From the NCBI RefSeq assembly GCF_009914755.1, contig NC_060926.1: a DNA stretch of 64,000 bases. One strand, 5' to 3'. The first letter of the stretch is position 1, and the number at the start of each line of letters is the position of its first letter. This document shows positions 55,956 through 64,000 of the stretch, in pieces. Under the pieces are notes generated by a model. That model had not been told where the DNA came from, made no database searches, and saw only the letters and a list, made by a program, of their open reading frames with translations. The position numbers were made by a program, and so were the translations under genes. Origin of the DNA: the human T2T-CHM13v2.0 reference genome, Homo sapiens.

Positions 55956-56165
55956 CTAGGTCTCTTTTCTGAGTCACAGTTTCAAATGATTTAAGATTAT
56001 TTTAGATTCCTTCTGAATATTTTCCTTCCCTATTTTAAAACCAGTCAACAACTTTTTGTTGTTGTTCAAGAACACAAATTTTTTAGATCTTCCTAGAGCT
56101 ATCATTTGTGGCTCTGCCCTATTTGAAAATTATTGAGAGTCATTGTTCTAGTTCATTTACAAATG

Positions 56166-56210
56166 TAGGAAGATCTAAAAAATTTGTGTGACTCAGAAAA
56201 GAGACCTAGT
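56166..56210. repeat. Composite inverted templated insertion
   Basis: 56166-56189 is the reverse complement of 56072-56095; 56187-56210 is the reverse complement of 55955-55978. Confidence 0.95.
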
Positions 56211-56339
56211 AGTTATTTATTATGGATGTAGAAAACAGCAGATTAGTACTCTAATAATGACAAAAATCCCAGTATAGCATTGAGCATCATTGAGAGTTAT
56301 CGAAGACAAGCCAGGTGGTTATCCTACCTGTATGTAAAT

Positions 56340-56720
56340 CTGTGGTATTTCTTCATCGTGTGTCCTGTGTGCAGTTTTGGCAGTTGCATCTTAGAAAAGA
56401 CCTAATGGAACTAGGGACTAACCAGAGAAGGTCTGCTAGACTGAGAGGAAAAATGGCAGTTCTGCTGAAGGAGTATAGACCAAAAGGGTGAATGGCCTTC
56501 AATCTAAAAGGACACTGGTTAAGTTGAGCTTAGGCTTATTCAAGAAGTTCTGAAATTCTAGAAAAAGAGGCAAACTTTGATAAGTTTAGGATTCATTTAG
56601 GACAAGTAAAAAGAAGATAATTATGGGACTTAATGAATTTCAAGTAATGGTGTAGGCACAGATGTTTTATGTGGGTTCAAGAAGGATTTGTGAAATTTAT
56701 GAATGACAGTAACATACAGC
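56340..56720 (+). mobile_element. CR1/L3-like fragment
   Basis: tgtgtgcagttttggca...gaaaagacctaatggaactag...ccagagaagg resembles the L3 3' region. Confidence 0.45.
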
Positions 56721-56984
56721 TAGTTGGAAAAACTAGACACGTCAAAACTTCAAGACTGATGTCAGGAGAGACATTCCCTCCTCTTGCTTGATCCTGGGTG
56801 CCTTTGTTAGCAATAAAATACTAGAGTAGATGCAATACATCCCCAGTGCCTTGGACTACAGCAAATGGCACTCAGTAAAGAAGGGGAGAAGCTTTTTCCT
56901 GTTTAGCTCTCCTTTAGAAAAATAAACAAAAGCAGACAAACAGTTTGGATTTTTTTGAGAAAGGAATAAGATACAAAAAATTTA

Positions 56985-58717
56985 TTTATTTATTTATTTT
57001 ATTTATTTATTTTTTTAATTGATCATTCTTGGGTGTTTCTCGCAGAGGGGGATTTGGCAGGGTCACAGGACAGTAGTGGAGGGAAGGTCAGCAGATAAAC
57101 AAGTGAACAAAGGTCTCTGGTTTTCCTAGGCAGAGGACCCTGCGGCCTTCCGCAGTGTTTGTGTCCCTGGGTACTTGAGATTAGGGAGTGGTGATGACTC
57201 TTAAGGAGCATGCTGCCTTCAAGCATCTGTTTAACAAAGCACATCTTGCACCGCCCTTAATCCATTCAACCCTGGGTGGATACAGCACATGTTTCAGAGA
57301 GCACAGGGTTGGGGGTAAGGTCACAGATCAACAGGATCCCAAGGCAGAAGAATTTTTCTTAGTACAGAACAAAATGAAAAGTCTCCCATGTCTACCTCTT
57401 TCTACACAGACACGGCAACCATCCGATTTCTCAATCTTTTCCCCACCTTTCCCCCCTTTCTATTCCACAAAACCGCCATTGTCATCATGGCCCATTCTCA
57501 ATGAGCTGTTGGGTACACCTCCCAGACGGGGTGGTGGCCGGGCAGAGGGGCTCCTCACTTCCCAGTAGGGGCGGCCGGGCAGAGGCGCCCCTCACCTCAC
57601 GGGGCGGCTGGCCGGGCGGGGGGCTGACCACCCCCCACCTCCCTCCCGGACGGGGCGGCTGGCCGGGCAGAGGGGCTCCTCACTTCCCAGTAGGGGCGGC
57701 CGGGCAGAGGCGCCCCTCACCTCCCGGACGGGGCGGCTGGCCGGGCGGGAGGCTGACCCCCCCACCTCCCTCCCGGACGGGGCGGCTGGCCGGGCGGGGG
57801 GCTGACCCCCCCACCTCCCTCCCGGACGAGGTGGCTGCCGGGCGGAGACGCTCCTCACTTCCCAGACGGGGTGGCTGCTGGGTGGAGGGGCTCCTCACTT
57901 CTCAGACGGGGCGGCTGCCGGGCGGAGGGACTCCTCACTTCTCAGATGGGGCGGTTGCCAGGCAGAGGGTCTCCTCACTTCTCAGGGCGGCTGGGCAGAG
58001 ACGCTCCTCACATCCCGGACGGGGCAGCAGGGCAGAGGTGCTCCTCACATCTCAGACGATGGGCGGCCGGGCAGAGATGCTCCTCACTTCCCAGATGTGA
58101 TGGTGGCCGGGAAGAGGCGCTCCTCACTTCCTAGATGGGATGGCGGCCGGGCAGAGACGCTCCTCACTTTCCAGACTGGGCAGCCAGGCAGAGGGGCTCC
58201 TCACTTCCCAGACGATGGGCGGCCAGGCGGAGACGCTCCTCACTTCCCAGACGGGGTGGCGGCTGGGCAGAGGCTGCAATCTCGGCACTTTGGGAGGCCA
58301 AGGCAGGCGGCTGGGAGGTGGAGGTTGTAGCGAGCCGAGATCACGCCACTGCACCCCAGCCTGGGCACCATTGAGCACTGAGTGAACCAGACTCCGTCTG
58401 CAATCCCGGCACCTCGGGAGGCCGAGGCTGGCGGATCGCTCGCGGTTAGGAGCTGGAGACCAGCCCGGCCAACACAGCGAAACCCCGTCTCCACCAAAAA
58501 AATACGAAAACCAGTCAGGCGTGGCGGCGTGCGCCTGCAATGGCAGGCACTTGGCAGGCTGAGGCAGGAGAATCAGGCAGGGAGGTTGCAGTGAGCCGAG
58601 ATGGCAGCAGTACCATCCAGCTTCGGCTCGGCATCAGAGGGAGACCGTGGAAAGAGAGGGAGAGAGAGACCGTGGAAAGGGGAGAGGGAGAGGGGGAGAG
58701 GGAGAGGGAGAGAGGAG
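56985..58717 (-). mobile_element. Full-length SVA (probably SVA_C/D), antisense in RMDN2 intron
   Basis: (CCCTCT)n head ~58655-58717, Alu-like region ~58270-58650, GC-rich VNTR ~57520-58265, SINE-R ~57020-57515, (AAAT)n tail; TSD tac(a6/a7)ttta. Confidence 0.96.
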
Positions 58718-60399
58718 TACAAAAAAATTTAGATGTGAAATCTTTCTAAATAAGTATGTAGAAACTCACTTTTTAAATAAATAAAATATTTTTCAGAAAC
58801 AAGGTTTTTGTAAAGTACATTTGTGTAAATTTTAGACTGCCTGTCCTTTTATAATCTCCTGTGGGACTGAAGACTGGCCATGGGGAGGAAGAGTCATCCC
58901 CTCTTTCCCATTTTTAAGGTGGGATGTGCTCTTCATACACAAGTGTCCTTGATAGCAAAAATTAAAATATTAAGTGACAGTTACATGTTCCATATGTAAC
59001 ATTTCTCTTTTGCAATAGGTACCTGAAGATTTTTACTTCTTTTCAAAAAATGGATATCAGCCACAATTTTCTAATACTACTTGTTTCACACAAGAAAGGA
59101 AAAATATCTAATTATATCCTTAGTTGTTGACAAAAACTTGAGTGGAGGACTCATGGAATTTGGGTAGATCAGTGGAACATGTTTTCTGTAACCATTATTA
59201 GAATCTCTTGTATTCTGTCTCTTAGTACACAAGTATTATGGACCTATGCACTTATGCCTTTTCTGGGGCTCAGCTGATTTTCTGCTGGGTATGGTGGTGA
59301 TGAACAATGCTCAAATTCTCAGAAGGTGGCCCTCAGAGGGGTCTGTTAAGTTTGTGTCTGTGTCCTTTTTAGCACTAGTGTTAACATTTTGGAAAGCATC
59401 TTTGCTTCTTGGTAATCACATGTTGTTACTGATTTATTTATTTATATTTTATTTTTTATTTTTTATTTTTTTGTCACTCCGAGGCAGAATCAGCTATGCT
59501 GTGGCAGCATCAGTTTCTTTCAGTAAGAATAGTATTCGACCCCAAAAGCTGGGTATATGGGGGAGTACTATTTTTAGGGAGGATGATATCAGAGGCTGGT
59601 TGGGTCCCTTTGAGGACACGGTAAAAAATATACTCTTAAGGTCACTAGTTCACATTGATGTTTTCAGTTTCAATTTTAAGTTATTTCTGAAAACTTTTCA
59701 GTTCCTTTTATTTTTTTAAGCTTCCTACCTCTCTTTGTCATATTTGACTTACGTTGCTCTATCACTCTATGGGTCTAAAACTATTATTTGAATTACAATA
59801 TTATATGAAGCTTTAGAAACATCTTTTTAAAGAGTTAACTTTGATTCCAGTTGAAAGTAACAAATTCATTATTCTTTCATTTCACTGTGGGCTTTAGGAA
59901 GAATAGATGAGTTTCAAAATTAGACTCAGGGTTGTATAGTGACCATATGGGTCTTTTTTCTTTTCTTCTTGCCCTAGATATTTTCATTTACTGTTAGGTT
60001 CATATGATACTCTCATATAGTATCAACAAAAACAGTACTGATTATTCGAAAATAACACAAAACACCACGAATCCACTCCCAGAATACCAGCATAATGTCA
60101 GGCATAGTATATATTGCCTTAGATAATATTACTTCGTAGATAATAGAGAATGATGATGAAAGTAAGACCACAGACAGATACAGATTTTTGAGGTTTTATT
60201 TGAAACTCTTAACTTTCACTTTCATGAGCCAAAAATATAGACAGTGCTTTTTGTTCATTTGTGTTTTTACTCTTAACATTACTTGCTCCTGTCAGGTCCG
60301 TTTTAATGTGGAACTTCAGTTGTTCAAAGCATGGAGATGAACAGAGATTCAGAAGCTCATTGTGTGGTGATTTATATGCCTTGCTGTTATAGTTGTCTA

Positions 60400-60795
60400 A
60401 ATTTGCAAAACAAAGTTGTTTTCTACTTCTGATCTTTTAAAAAATGAAACATCACGTATATAATTGAAGTACCCTCTCTACTCCTTTCTGTCAGGGAAAC
60501 TGTTATCTTGAAGTTGGTGTGCATTCTTCCTTTGAAAGTGTTAATGTTTCTCCTACATGTGCACTTCTATATAAACAAGACATAAATGGTCTTTTGTTCT
60601 TAAAATTTACATACATATCATTATATGGCACACACATTTTGTAACATGCTTTGCAATAAATTTTTTTGAGTTTTTTCCATATTGATATGTATATATATAA
60701 AATTATTTCATTCTTTTTAAGTGCTATGCTGCATTCCTTTGAATGAATATACCTTAATTTATTTCCCTATTGATGGATGTTTAGGTTATCATGTT
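60400..60795 (-). mobile_element. L1ME-like fragment
   Basis: Antisense old L1 3'UTR similarity (tattgatggatgtttaggtt). Confidence 0.55.
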
Positions 60796-60799
60796 TTTG

Positions 60800-64000
<3,201 letters not shown>

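Noticed and set aside
57023-58749. Many overlapping ORFs and a CRISPR-like repeat periodicity
   Set aside because: This is the SVA VNTR: degenerate tandem units with no unique spacers and no cas genes.
59430-59720. T-rich tract followed by unique sequence, suggesting a second retrocopy; overlapping 157-aa ORF
   Set aside because: No convincing TSD or polyadenylation signal found; the ORF is low-complexity with no recognisable homology.

Overview
Primate (very probably human, chr2p22) genomic DNA, not prokaryotic. It is mostly repeat-rich intergenic sequence, bounded on the left by a minus-strand promoter and first exon (likely the lncRNA LINC00211/PIRAT1, from recalled synteny). On the right lie the CpG-island promoter, non-coding exon 1 and first coding exon (54198-54665) of RMDN2 on the plus strand. 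The rest is Alu, L1, L2, MIR, nested LTRs, DNA-transposon fossils, a full-length antisense SVA and the 3' end of an antisense L1. Almost all ORFs in the supplied track are repeat-derived or spurious. I found no multi-gene novel system. The most unusual sequence-supported items are: (1) a 3'UTR-only retrocopy with a perfect 15-bp TSD in RMDN2 intron 2, whose antisense tail forms a strong cryptic splice acceptor; (2) next to it, a 45-nt patch built from two perfect 24-nt inverted copies of nearby DNA (template-switch scar); (3) a perfect 23-bp hairpin at 3447-3500; (4) a Charlie transposase fossil split by a captured 400-bp block of old DNA; (5) LTRs upstream of RMDN2 with intact STAT1 (GAS) or DUX4-like motifs and splice donors. 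Repeat subfamily names and gene identities are by-eye or from memory, and repeat boundaries without a TSD are approximate.
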